Source of the DNA: Heterodontus francisci
Taxonomy: Eukaryota
NCBI RefSeq assembly: GCF_036365525.1
Contig: NC_090395.1
Span: 45,390,136-45,454,135, forward strand
Reading direction: 5' to 3'
DNA: 64,000 bases
In this document: one piece after another, positions 52,481-63,982 of the stretch
How the letters are laid out: each line of letters opens with the position of its first letter
How positions within the stretch are numbered: the first letter of the stretch is position 1
Notes under the pieces: generated by a model
What the model saw: only the letters and a program-made list of their open reading frames with translations
What the model was told of the DNA's origin: nothing
Database searches by the model: none
Position numbers and translations under genes: made by a program

Positions 52481-53470
52481 GGAGTGAGTATGAAGATAAA
52501 GCAGACTTTGTAGTTAAGGAGGAGGAATGTGAAGTATTGGATGTGATAAACATAGGGAGAGAGGAAGTATTAAGGGGATTAGCATCCTTGAAAGTAGATA
52601 AATCACCATGGCCGGATGAATGTACCCCAGGCTGTTAAAAGGAGCCAGGAAGGAAATAGCAGATAGTCTGACCATCATTTACTAAAACTCACTGGATACA
52701 GGTGTGGTGCCAAAGGATTGGACGTCTGCTGAAATTGTACCTTTGTCTAAAAAGGGACCGAGGGATAGACTGAATAATTACAGGCCAGTCAGTCTAACCT
52801 CAGTAGTGGGCAAATTATTGGGATCAATTCTGACAGCGAGAATAAACTGTCACTCAGAAAGGCACAGATTAATCAAAAACAGTCAGCACGAATTTGTTAA
52901 GGGAAGGTTGTGTCTGACTAACTTGATTGATTTTTTTGAGGAAGTAACAAGGAGGATTGATAAGGATAGTGCAGTTGATGTGTTCTACATGGATTTTAGC
53001 AAGGCTTTCAACAAGGTCCCTCGTGGCAGACTGGTTAAAAAATAAAAACCCATGGGATCCAGGGGAATGTAGCAAGATGGATACAAAATTGGCTCAGTGG
53101 CAGTAAATAAAGAATTATTGTTGACGGGTGTTTTTGCGACTGGAAGGCTGTTTTCAGTGGTGTTCCGCAGGGCTCAGTACTAGGTCCCCTGCTTTTTGTG
53201 GTATATATTAACGATTTGGATGTAAATGTAGGGGAATGATCAAGAAATTTTCAGACGACACAAAAATTGGCCACATAGTTGATAGTGAGGAGGATAGCTG
53301 TAGACTGCAGGAAGATATCAATGGACTGGTGGGCAGAAAAGTGGCAAATGGAATTTAACCCACAGAAGTGTGAGGTGATGAATTTGGGGAGGTCAAACAA
53401 GATAAAGGAATACCCAATAAATGGGAGATACTGATGGGTGTGAGGAACCTTGCAGATCCCTCAAGGTAGC

Positions 53471-55296
53471 AGGATTAGTATAAATGGGTGGTTGATGGAA
53501 GGACAGCATTACCCCTGAAATAATCAAGAGTGCCAAGCCTGCTATACTCTCAGCACTACATGAACTGCTATGCCTGTGCTGGGACGAGGGAGCAGTACCC
53601 CAGGACATGCGCGATGCCAACATCATCACCCTCTATAAAAACAAAGGTGACCGCGGTGACTGCAACAACTACCGTGGAATCTCCCTGCTCAGCATAGTGG
53701 GGAAAGTCTTTGCTCGAGTCGCTCTGAACAGGCTCCAGAAGCTGGCCGAGCGCGTCTACCCTGAGGCACAGTGTGGCTTTCGTGCAGAGAGATCGACTAT
53801 TGACATGCTGTTCTCCCTTCGTCAGATACAGGAGAAATGCCGTGAACAACAGATGCCCCTCTACATTGCTTTCATTGATCTCACCAAAGCCTTTGACCTC
53901 GTCAGCAGACGTGGTCTCTTCAGACTACTAGAAAAGATCGGATGTCCACCAAAGCTACTAAGTATCATCACCTCATTCCATGACAATATGAAAGGCACAA
54001 TTCAACATGGTGGCTCCTCATCAGAGCCCTTTCCTATCCTGAGTGGTGTGAAACAGGGCTGTGTTCTCGCACCCACACTTTTTGGGATTTTCTTCTCCCT
54101 GCTGCTTTCACATGCGTTCAAATCCTCTGAAGAAGGAATTTTCCTCCACACAAGATCAGGGGGCAGGTTGTTCAACCTTGCCCGTCTAAGAGCGAAGTCC
54201 AAAGTACGGAAAGTCCTCATCAGAGAACTCCTCTTTGCTGACGATGCTGCTTTAACATCTCACACTGAAGAATGCCTGCAGAGTCTCATCGACAGGTTTG
54301 CGTCTGCCTGCAATGAATTTGGCCTAACCATCAGCCTCAAGAAAACGAACATCATGGGGCAGGATGTCAGAAATGCTCCATCCATCAATATTGGCGACCA
54401 CGCTCTGGAAGTGGTTCAAGAGTTCACCTACCTAGGCTCAACTATCACCAGTAACCTGTCTCTAGATGCAGAAATCAACAAGCGCATGGGTAAGGCTTCC
54501 ACTGCTATGTTCAGACTGGCCAAGAGAGTGTGGGAAAATGGCGCACTGACACGGAACACAAAAGTCCGAGTGTATCAGGCCTGTGTCCTCAGTACCTTGC
54601 TCTACGGCAGCGAGGCCTGGACAACGTATGCCAGCCAAGAGCGACGTCTCAATTCATTCCATCTTCGCTGCCTTCGGAGAATACTTGGCATCAGGTGGCA
54701 GGACTATATCTCCAACACAGAAGTCCTTGAAGCGGCCAACATCCCCAGCTTATACACACTACTGAGTCAGCGGCGCTTGAGATGGCTTGGCCATGTGAGC
54801 CACATGGAAGATGGCAGGATCCCCAAAGACACATTGTACAGCGAGCTCGCCACTGGTATCAGACCCACCGGCCGTCCATGTCTCCATTATAAAGACGTCT
54901 GCAAACGCGACATGAAATCGTGTGACATTGATCACAAGTCGTGGGAGTCAGTTGCCAGCATTCGCCAGAGCTGGCGGGCAGCCATAAAGACAGGGCTAAA
55001 TTGTGGCGAGTCGAAGAGACTTAGTAGTTGGCAGGAAAAAAGACAGAGGCGCAAGGGGAGAGCCAACTGTGCAACAGCCCCAACAAACAAATTTCTCTGC
55101 AGCACCTGTGGAAGAGCCTGTCACTCTAGAATTGGCCTTTATAGCCACTCCAGGCGCTGCTTCACAAACCACTGACCACCTCCAGGCGCGTATCCATTGT
55201 CTCTCGAGATAAGGAGGCCCAAAAGAAGATGGTCGGCACAGACTCGGTGGGCCGAAGGGCCTGTTTCAGTGCTGTATCTCTAAACTAAAACTAAAC
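53471..55296 (+). mobile_element. 5'-truncated HE1 SINE tail (53471-53498 plus 55228-55296) split by an RTE insertion
   Basis: aggattagtataaatgggtggttgatgg ... gatggtcggcacagactcggtgggccgaagggcctgtttcagtgctgtatctctaaactaaaac rejoins into the HE1 3' end. Confidence 0.88.
53499..55227 (+). mobile_element. Young RTE-clade LINE, 5'-truncated, with an open RT frame 53499-55175
   Basis: CNNYRGISLLSIVGKVFA, PEAQCGFR, FIDLTKAFD, GVKQGCVLAPTLF, LLFADDAAL, LLYGSEAW, RLRWLGHV and a C-terminal CSTCGRACHSRIGLYSH. No stops. Short 3' UTR ending aaaagaa. gatgg TSD. Confidence 0.95.
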
Positions 55297-56843
55297 TCGA
55301 AGTGGTTAAGAAGGCATATGGTATCCTTTATTAGTCGATGCATAAATTATAAGAGTAGGGAGGTTATGCTGGAACTATATAAAACATTAGTTATGCCACA
55401 ACTTGAGTACTGTGTGCAGTTCTGGTCACCTCATTACAGAAAGGATATACTTGCATTAGAGAGGGTACAGAAGAGATTTATGAGGGTGTCGCCAGGACTG
55501 GAAAATTACAGCTATGAGGAAAGATTGAATAGAGAGTTGTTTTCCTTGGAACAGAGGAGGCCAAGGGGAGACCTGATTGAGACTTACAAAATGGTGAGGG
55601 GCCTGGATAGAATTTTCCTTAGCAAAGGGGTCAGTGACTAGGGGGCATAGATTTAAAGTGATTGGGAGAAGGATTTGAGGAGAAATGAGGAAAACACTTT
55701 TCACCCAGAGGGTGGTGAGGGTCTGGAACTCACTGCCTGAAAGGGTGGTGGAGGCAGAAAACCTCATCTCATTTAAAAGATGCCTGGATGTGCCCCTGAG
55801 ATGCTTTAACCTGCAGGGCTACAGACCAAATGCTGCAAAGTGGGATTAGTGGCTCTTTTTTCTTTCAGCTGCCAAAGGCACAATGGGCCTCTTTCTGTGC
55901 CGTAAACGTTCAATGATTCTATGATAGCCATTATTTTATTATTTGGTTTTATAGCTGATGCATTTATCTTCCCGTCAAGTTCTGATCGCTTAAATTCTTT
56001 CAGTAACATTAAATTCCCTGCCACAGAAATTCCTCGATAACCAACATTAATAAAGTTAAGTGGTACCTCCTTACAGCCTTGTCAGAATGCATACTGCCAG
56101 TTTTTCTTTTAAAAGGTGCCGTACACTTTGTATTTGTAAACAGTCTGCAGCCAGTATTCATAATCCACCATCAACGAAGCAAACATCATCTTTCAATCTT
56201 TTTCTGCTGTGGTCCTCAAATCACCCACAAGGCACATGCATCAGTACTGACACCAAAGGCAATCCTTTTCAGAAATATAGCAAATGAATTTGCACAGTCA
56301 CACTCAATACCTGCTTCATTTTGCTCTTCTAGTCTTATTTGAGAGTAAGAACTAGATCTCTGTTTCAGTCCAGAGCCAATGAGTACAGCAGAAATGAGCA
56401 AGAAATACCAACAGTCAAATAGTTAATTTCCTTCACAAAAAGTAATCAGATTGATTGACACGTGCTTTTTGACCAAATACTTTGAGAGCTCCATAAAATG
56501 GAAGTCAATTTGGTTTCACCAGGAATTTTTAAAGTTATGATAACCGGATAAAGATGATAGGGAAGATTTTCCTGGATCTGGTACGGGTGCATTGGATTAT
56601 CTGGACACAGTGGAAATTAGAAGATTGGGCTAGTCAGAACACATGCTTGCAAAGGAAGCTGCACTATTTCCTGATAGTCACTACCCCCAGGAAAGTCTCC
56701 ACTATTATGGTTCTTTGCAGCCTCGCAATCTTTCAAAATCATCATATCGCTAATTATTTTACATAAATCTCATCATTCACGAATCAGACACAGCTCTTGT
56801 CCTTCTGGCATAATGTAAAGTTTTGCATAGGTGTATTACTTAC

Positions 56844-57779
56844 TTTTTCTGCAGACTGTGCAGTCCCAAAAAATATTGGAATGAAGGCTAACCAGACAAT
56901 GCAGGTGGTGTACATGGTAAATCCAATAGGTTTGGCCTCATTGAAGGTCTCTGGAACCCCTCTGGTTTTGATGGCATACACGGTGCATGTGACCATGAGA
57001 AGCATGCTGTATCCAAGCAAACAGATGAGAGACAGATCAGAAATATCACATTTGAGAATTCCACGAGCAAGCTGAGGATTGGCAGTCTTTTGGTCATCAT
57101 AATCTATGTAGGAATGGGGTGGGTCAGCAATAAACCAGATACAGACTCCCAGCAGTTGCACAGAGATAAAACTGAATGTTATCATGAGCTGAGAGGCTGG
57201 ACTAATAAACCTGGGGGCACTGACTGATTTCTTGCCTTGCTCGAATATCCGATATATCCTGTTGGTCTTGGTGAGCAGGGCTGCGTAGCTGATACTCATA
57301 CCCAATCCAAGAAAAATGCGTCGCATGGAGCAGACGGCGACATCGGGCTCTGCTATCATAAGGAAGGTAATAGCATAACAGAGGAAAATTCCTGTGAGAA
57401 GCACATAACTTAATTCTCGTCCAGATGCTTTCACTATTGGTGTGTCATTGTAGCGTATGAATGTTATGACAACAAACAATGTAGCAATGATACCAATAAT
57501 TGCAAAGAATACAGGCGCAACAGCCCAAGGGGAATACCATTCCAGTTTGACAATGGGAATTGGGCGACATCCAGTGTGGTTCTCATTGGGTCGCATGTCA
57601 AAGTGGCAGATCTTGCAGTTGTACTTATCCACCTGGTACTGGTAGCCGTCACAGAGTTCACAGTGCCAACAACAAGGAATGCCCTTCACAATTTTTTTTC
57701 TCTCTCCAGGTTTGCATGGGAGGCTGCAAATTGAAACTGGGATTTGCTGGGATCCTGATGGCCATTGCATTGTATGAAT
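56844..57779 (-). CDS. GRM4: Metabotropic glutamate receptor 4 (group III mGluR) internal coding exon: cysteine-rich domain and TM1-TM6
   Basis: Translation [29 protein letters not shown]...CCWHCE...[17 protein letters not shown]...[16 protein letters not shown]...[51 protein letters not shown]...FGTAQSAEK. The motifs [24 protein letters not shown] and [10 protein letters not shown] favour GRM4 over GRM6/7/8 as I recall them. Acceptor ttctttcacattttcag|ATT at 57780/57779; donor AAA|gtaagt at 56844/56843. Length 936 bp, phase 0-0. Confidence 0.93.
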
Positions 57780-60099
57780 CTGAAAATGTGAAAGAAGTGA
57801 ATTAGTGTTAAAATGTCTGGTTACGAACTAAAAGGTAATCACAGCGAATCTGAATTACATTTAAAGTCATTAGTTCTGTTATTGATGATAATGATATGAT
57901 ACAGTTTAGAACTTGTAATCCTCTTCTCACTGAATTCATAATATCAGCCATCTGGCTATGGAGAAGCACTGAAAGAAAGCCAGGCTTTCGCACAGAGAAG
58001 AATGGAAATGCAAGGGGAAAATCATTCCCAGACCATCTTTACATAGTTCTACCAATGGTGTCTGAAGCTGCATTAGTAAAACACTAAGAACAAGTGCCCG
58101 TGGGCTAGCTCAGACACTAGTTCTATGTAGTGCGGAGACTCCCAGCTGGGAGAAAGAAGGAGTGCATCTGTATCTAGTTAAATGTCTTGTGCCTAGCTTG
58201 CATCCACAACAACACTAGATGTTACAATTCAATGTGTAACACTTTGTTACAAATGCAAAGCAATGTTAAAGAAAAGTTAAAATGCTGATCACTGACGCTG
58301 AAATTTATAATTGCCTTCTGATTGAATTCAACATTTTATAAACAGCTATAATTACCTGAAGCTGTCTAAGAGCTTTAAAGGGGTAAGCCAGGTTAGCAGC
58401 TATATATCACTACTGCACTCTAGACTACCATATGAGTACACAGGAGAGCTTTAAGATAAGAGAATTATTCTTGAGATTGTGTTTACTTGATAATCCCTGA
58501 ATGATTGTGAGTACAATGTGGTAAAAATTCAAACAGATCAGGGGACTCCCAGGTTCAATTCCTATTGCTGAGTTTGCCTCTTTTAACTGTGGAAGCATTC
58601 GGAGCAGAACAATTGGTTTCAATTACTCTGATCTATAGACCATAGATCTAAGAATGTGCAGGTGGAGCATTTTATGGATAGTGTCCCGGACATCCAGGTG
58701 GGCCCCACTACCATCACATGGTCATCCTATCTCTCAAGGGTACCAGTGTCCACCTTACATTGGAATCCTCTGTAGGCTCTGGGCACAATGACTCTAATGT
58801 TTCAATTCCCTAACCCGATCCTACCTCACCATGTGCCAATGATCTGGTAAGGGGCAGGCAGCGGTTCAGTCCCCACAAGGCTAACAGGAACATTTGGGAG
58901 TTTGTGGAAAGCATTGCATTTCGGGACAACCATATCTGCAATAGGTGGCTGCAGCTTGAGCAACTCAGAGTTGCTGAGCTGGAATCAGAGCTGCAGACAT
59001 GTGGGGCATTAAGGATGGGGAGAGTTACCAGAAGGCAGTACACCCCTTAGGTTAAGTAGAACTTCAGAATTGGTCAATGATCAGGGACAGGAGGGTGTGT
59101 CTGCGTGTCAGGCAGGTATGGAGATCTAGCATGTAGTGATGGAGGAACCTTGGCCCTTGACTTTGACCAACAGGTATGAGGTAGTTGCTACATGTGTGGA
59201 TGAAAACAAGGATTGCAGGGTGGGTGGGCAAACTGACCATGGTGCAGGATGCCATGCAAGTGTGGGAAATGGACAGGAATGTAGTAGTGATAGGGAACAG
59301 TATAGTCAGTGGGATAGATACTGTTCTCTGCAGCTGTGACTGGGATTTCCAGTTGTGTTGCCTGCCTGGTGCAAGGGTTAAAGACATCTCATGGCTGGAG
59401 ATGAACTTGGAGTGGGAGAGTGGTAGGAACCAAAGATATAGGTAGAACTAGGAATGACATTCTACTGAGAGAGTTTGAGGAGTTAGGGGCCAAATTAAAA
59501 TGTAGAACCTCTAAGGCATTAATCTCTGGATTGTTACCTGAGCCATGCGGTAATTGGCATAGGGTCATGCAGATAAAGGAATTAAATGTATGGCTCAAAG
59601 AGTGGTGTGGGAAGAAGGGGATTTGATTCATGGAGCACTGGCACCAGTACAGGGAAAGAGGGAGCTGTTTCATTGGGATCAGCTAAGATGGGCACTGGGA
59701 TTAGTGTCCTGAAGAATCATATAACTAGGCCTGTGGATAGAGCTTTAAACGAAAAGGGGAGGGGGAGGGGATCAGGTGAAGGGGGATTTAGAAATCTAAA
59801 TCAAAAGTCAAAGCAATAGAGCAATTTCAGAAAAGACAAGCAGAGCAGAACAGGAAGGGACGGAGAACTTAATGGGAATAGTGCATCAGCAAATAAGGTC
59901 CATACAAAGAATAGTAGTAAAAAACAAAAACTAGAGGCTCTTTATCTGAATGTACAATGCAATCACAATAAGATAGATAATCTAGCAGCACAAATCGAGA
60001 TAAGTGGTTTAGATCTAATTGCCATTACAGAGACAACGTTACATTGTGGTAATGTCACTGGACTAATAATGCAAGAGGCCCAGGCTAATGTCCTGGGGA

Positions 60100-60268
60100 A
60101 TAAAAACAGGAAGTGCTGGAAATAATTAGCAGGTCTGGCAGCATATGTGGAAAGAGAAGCAGAGTTAACGTTTCAGGTCAGTGACCTTTCATCAGATCTG
60201 CTGAGTATTTTCAGCACTTTCTGTTTTTATTTCAGATTTCCAGCATCCACAGTATTTTGCATTTATTT
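60100..60268 (-). mobile_element. Penelope-like inverted terminal insertion with a 14-bp TSD
   Basis: Inverted arms at about 60100-60132 and 60198-60230. TSD taatgtcctgggga (60086-60099) / taatgccctgggga (60269-60282). Confidence 0.8.
60163..60199 (-). ncRNA. Minimal type I hammerhead ribozyme motif (Penelope-associated), putative
   Basis: The minus strand reads agau-CUGAUGA-A-agguc-acu-gaccu-GAAA-CG-UU-aacu. Both core boxes are intact, stem II is a perfect 5 bp, and stem III is a loopless palindromic ACGU. Confidence 0.65.
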
Positions 60269-63200
60269 TAATGCCCTGGGGATATGGGTTCAAATCCCAC
60301 CTTGGCAGCTGGTGGAATTTAAATTCAATGAATTAATTAAAAAAAAATCTGGATTTGAAAGCTAGTCTCAGTAATGTTGCCATGAAACTATGTTTGATTG
60401 TCATAAAATTCCATCTGGTTCATTCATGTCCTTTAAGGAAGGAAATCTTCCGTACTTACCTGGTCTGGCCTACATGTAATTCCAGACCCACAGCAATGTG
60501 ACTGACTCTTAACTGCACTCTGAAATGGCCTAGCGAGCCATTCAGTTCAAGGGCAATTAGGGATTGGCAACAAATGTTGGCCTTGCCAGCGATGCCCACA
60601 TCCCATGAAAAGAAAAGAAAACAAGGTGGTCAAAGTTGAGAAATAAATATTCCAGGGTACAGAACATTTCGAAAAGACAGACTGAATGGGAAAGGAGGAG
60701 GAGTAGCCCTCATAGTAAAGCATGACGTAAGGACAATAGTGAGAAATGATCTTGGCTCAGAAGATCAGGAAGTAGAATCAATATGGGTGGAGATTAGGAA
60801 TAAAAAGGGTCATAAAATGCTGCTGGGAGTAGTTTATAGCCTCCTATAGTATAGTAGTTGGACTAAACATGAAGCAAGAATAATTGGAGCTTGGAACAAA
60901 GGTAATGTATTAATTGTAGGGGACTTTAATCTTCATGTAGACTGGACAAATCAAATTGGCAAAGATAGTCTGGAAAATTAATTTGCAGAATACTTTCATG
61001 ACCGTTTCCTAGAACAATATGTTGTGGAACCAACTAGAGGGAAAGCTATTTTAGATTTTCTATTGTGCAATGAGGAAAGTTTACTTAGTAATCTCATTGT
61101 AAAAGATGCTCTGGGAAAAATTGTTCATAATACAATTGAATTCATATTAAGTTTGAAAGCAACATACCCCGATCCCAGACAAGAATTCTGAACTTATACA
61201 AAGCCAATTACATATGTATGAGGGGAGAGCTGGCCAAGGTTGATTGGGTAAATAGACTAAAAGATATGAAGGTAAATAAACAGTTGGAAACATTTAAAGA
61301 AACAATTCAAAAAGCTCAATAATAAAATCCATTAAAAAACAAAAACTCAGCAAGAAAGATCCATCTGCGGCTTACGAGGGAAGTTATGGACTGTATTAGA
61401 TTTAAAAAAGAGGCTTATAATGTTGTAAAAAATAGTCGAAAGCCTGAATATTGGGAATGTTTTAGACACCAGCAAAGTTGGTAAAAAGGGAAAACATAGA
61501 ATATGGGTGTAAATTAGCCAAGAATATAAAAACAGATTGTAAGAGCTTTTACAGGTATATTAAAAAGAGGAGACTAGCTAAAATAAACATTGGCCCCTTA
61601 GAGGCAGAGACAGGAGAAATTATCGTGGGGAATGAGGAAATGGCAGACATGTTGAACAAATTGTTTGTGTGTCTTCACAATAGAAGATACAAATTACATT
61701 ACAGAAATAGAGGGTAACCAAGGGCCTAATAAGAGTGAGGAACTCAAGGTCATTAATATCATCAGGGAAAAAGTATTGGAGGAAACTTAAGGGACTAAAA
61801 GCCAACAAATCCCCCTGATGACCTACCTCCTTGGGTTCCAAATGAGGTAGCTGCAGAGATAGTGGATGCACTGGTTATGATTTTGAAAATTTCGCTGGAT
61901 TCTAGAATGGTCCCAGTGGATTGGAAGTTAGCAAATGTAGCGCCATTATTTTAAGAAAGGAGGGACAGAGAAAACAGGGAACTACAGGCCAGTAAGCCTG
62001 ACATCAGGAAAATGCTGAAATCTAGTATTAAGGAAGTCTTAACAATGCACTTAGAAAATCGTAGTATGATTAGAACAAGTCAACATAGTTTACAGAAGGG
62101 AATGGTGTTTGACAAATTTTTTTAGAGTTTTTTAAGGATGCAACTAGTAGTGTAGATAAAGTGGAACCAGTAGATGTAGTATACGTGAATTTCCAAAATG
62201 CATCAATAAGGTGCCATACAAAAGGCTAATATGCAAGAAAAGGACTCATGGAGTTGAGGTTAATATATTAGCATGGATATAGGATTGGCTAATGGACAGG
62301 AAGCAGAGAGTACGGATAAACAGGTCATTTTCAAGTTGGCAGGTTGCAACTAATGGAGTGCCGCAAGGATCAGTGCTGGGGCCTCAGCTATTCACAATCT
62401 ATATTAATGACTTAGACAAAGACATTGAGCGTAATGTATCTAAGGTTGTTAATGATACAAAGCTAGGTGGGAATGTAAGCTGTAAGGAGGACACAAAAAG
62501 ATATAGACAGGTTAAGCGAATGGGCAACAAGGTGGCAGATGGAGTATGGAGTATAATGTGGAGAAGTGTGAGGTTATTCTCTTTGGTAGTAGAATATTTT
62601 CAAAAGGCGTGAAACTTTTAAACATTGATGTTCAGGTGTGCTCATACAAGGAACACAGAAAGTTAGCATGCAGGTACAACAAGCAATTCGGAAGGCAAAT
62701 GACATGTTGGCCTTCATTGCAAGAGGATTAGAGTCCAAGAATAAGGAAGTCTTGCTGCAATTGTACAGGGATTTTGTGAGACCACACCTGGAATACTGCG
62801 AGCAGTTTTGGTCTTCACATTTAAGGAAGGATATACTTGCATTGGAGTGAAGGTTTACTAGATTGCTTCCTGAGATGACAGGCTGAGCAAATTGGACCTA
62901 TAATCTCTGCAATTTAGAAGAATGAAAGTTGATCACATTGAAAGATACAAGATTCTGAAGGGGTTTGACAGGGTAGACACTGAGAGATTGCTTCCTCTGG
63001 CTGGGGAATCTAGAACATGGGGCACAGCCTCAGGATAAGGGGACAATCATTTAGATCTGAGATGAGGAGAAACTTCTTCGCTCAAAGGGTTGTGAATCTT
63101 TAGAATTTTCTACTCCAGAGGGGTTGTGGATGCTTCATCATTGAGTATAGCGAAGGCTGAGATAGAAAGGTTTTTGGTCTTTCAGGAAATCAAGGGATAT

Positions 63201-63833
63201 GGGGAGTGGGCAGGAACGTGAAGTTGAGGTAGAAGATCAACCATGATTGTATTGTATGGTGGAGCAGGCTCAAAGGGCTGTATGGTCTACTCCTGCTCCT
63301 ATTTCTCATGTTTTTATTAATCTTTGGCACCCTTGGCTATATTCCGTCTGTTCCTGTTGTAGTTATGCCAGGAGTTTACCTGGATAGCCATATTTTTGGC
63401 CGCATTGTATCCTATATTTGATGGCATGGTTCAGTGAGCATTGCCGAAATACATGGCGACTAATGTTAAGGTGAGGACAGAATATCTCATCAAAATCCCG
63501 ACAGAGTTACATAGCAGGCTCATACACAAGGAATGTCTAGTTTGACAAGGTGCTTAAGGGATGCCACTCTGGAGGAAGAAAAGTTGAAGTAAACATGTTA
63601 AAAGAAAAACAATGTTTGGATTACTTAACTTGTCCTTCAAAACTCAAACTGTTACACCTGATCAGAATTTAAATATTTAATACTACATAACCGTTTTAGA
63701 AAGGTTTTCAGCCTTTATAAAGGTTGCATGGTTGGTGGGGAAGAAATTACAAGAACCAAAGAGGAGAAAGCCCAATCTAGAGGCATGAAACAGGAGCTGT
63801 AGGAAAGGGGCATCCTGATTAGTGGCTGTCAAC

Positions 63834-63980
63834 ATGGATATGCTAAATGAGGTGGGTGTAAGGAGGATTGCTCTGTTTGGAACTCCAGAGCAGTGCAGCA
63901 GTTCAGCAGGAGGTGGCAGCCAGGTTCATCATGGTCTACAGAACCTGCAGGACCTGGGAACAGCTATGGGAGAAGATGGA
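63834..63980 (+). pseudogene. Myb/SANT-like transposon gene remnant
   Basis: MLNEVGVRRIALFG, frameshift, then QEVAARF...CRTWEQLWEKM. This is the same helix pattern as 5214-5473. Confidence 0.45.
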
Positions 63981-63982
63981 AT

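Larger units (their letters stand above)
52484..55924 (+). mobile_element. CR1 LINE carrying a nested SINE tail and an RTE element
   Basis: NYRPVSLTSVVGKLL and DFSKAFNKVP. Resumes at about 55297 with gtggttaagaaggcatatgg and LVMPQLEYCVQFWSP. Tail gattctatga. Confidence 0.9.
60044..60620 (+). mobile_element. tRNA-derived SINE sharing its 3' tail with the 5480-family LINE, nested in CR1
   Basis: Head gtggtaatgtcactggactaa...gggttcaaatccc. Tail caagggcaattagggattggcaacaaatgttggcc...gatgcccacatcccatgaa. aca on both flanks. Confidence 0.85.
58840..63315 (+). mobile_element. Near-full-length decayed CR1 LINE (ORF1 with SGNH esterase, EN, RT, tail)
   Basis: LTLTNRYEV, VVVIGNSIV, CCLPGARVKDI, VGTKDIGR..KLKCRTSK (ORF1); gdfn-type EN motif; NGVPQGSVLGPQLF; tail ctactcctgctcctatttc. 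Confidence 0.9.

Noticed and set aside
53607-55175. 522-aa RT ORF as a domesticated host gene or a bacterial-type RT system
   Set aside because: It is 5'-truncated, lacks the endonuclease, and has a tail and TSD, which is typical of a recent RTE insertion.
56784-56843. ORF read-through tail [19 protein letters not shown], ending in a PDZ-like S-C-V
   Set aside because: It lies beyond a perfect gtaagt donor at the expected exon end. It is most likely chance intronic read-through, with no evidence of an isoform.
57768-57770. ATG used as the start of the 328-aa ORF
   Set aside because: It is an internal Met. The exon starts 9 nt upstream at a canonical acceptor.
58630-58650. Short hairpin gatctatagaccatagatc
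   Set aside because: A 7-8-bp stem is expected by chance, and it lies within a decayed SINE.
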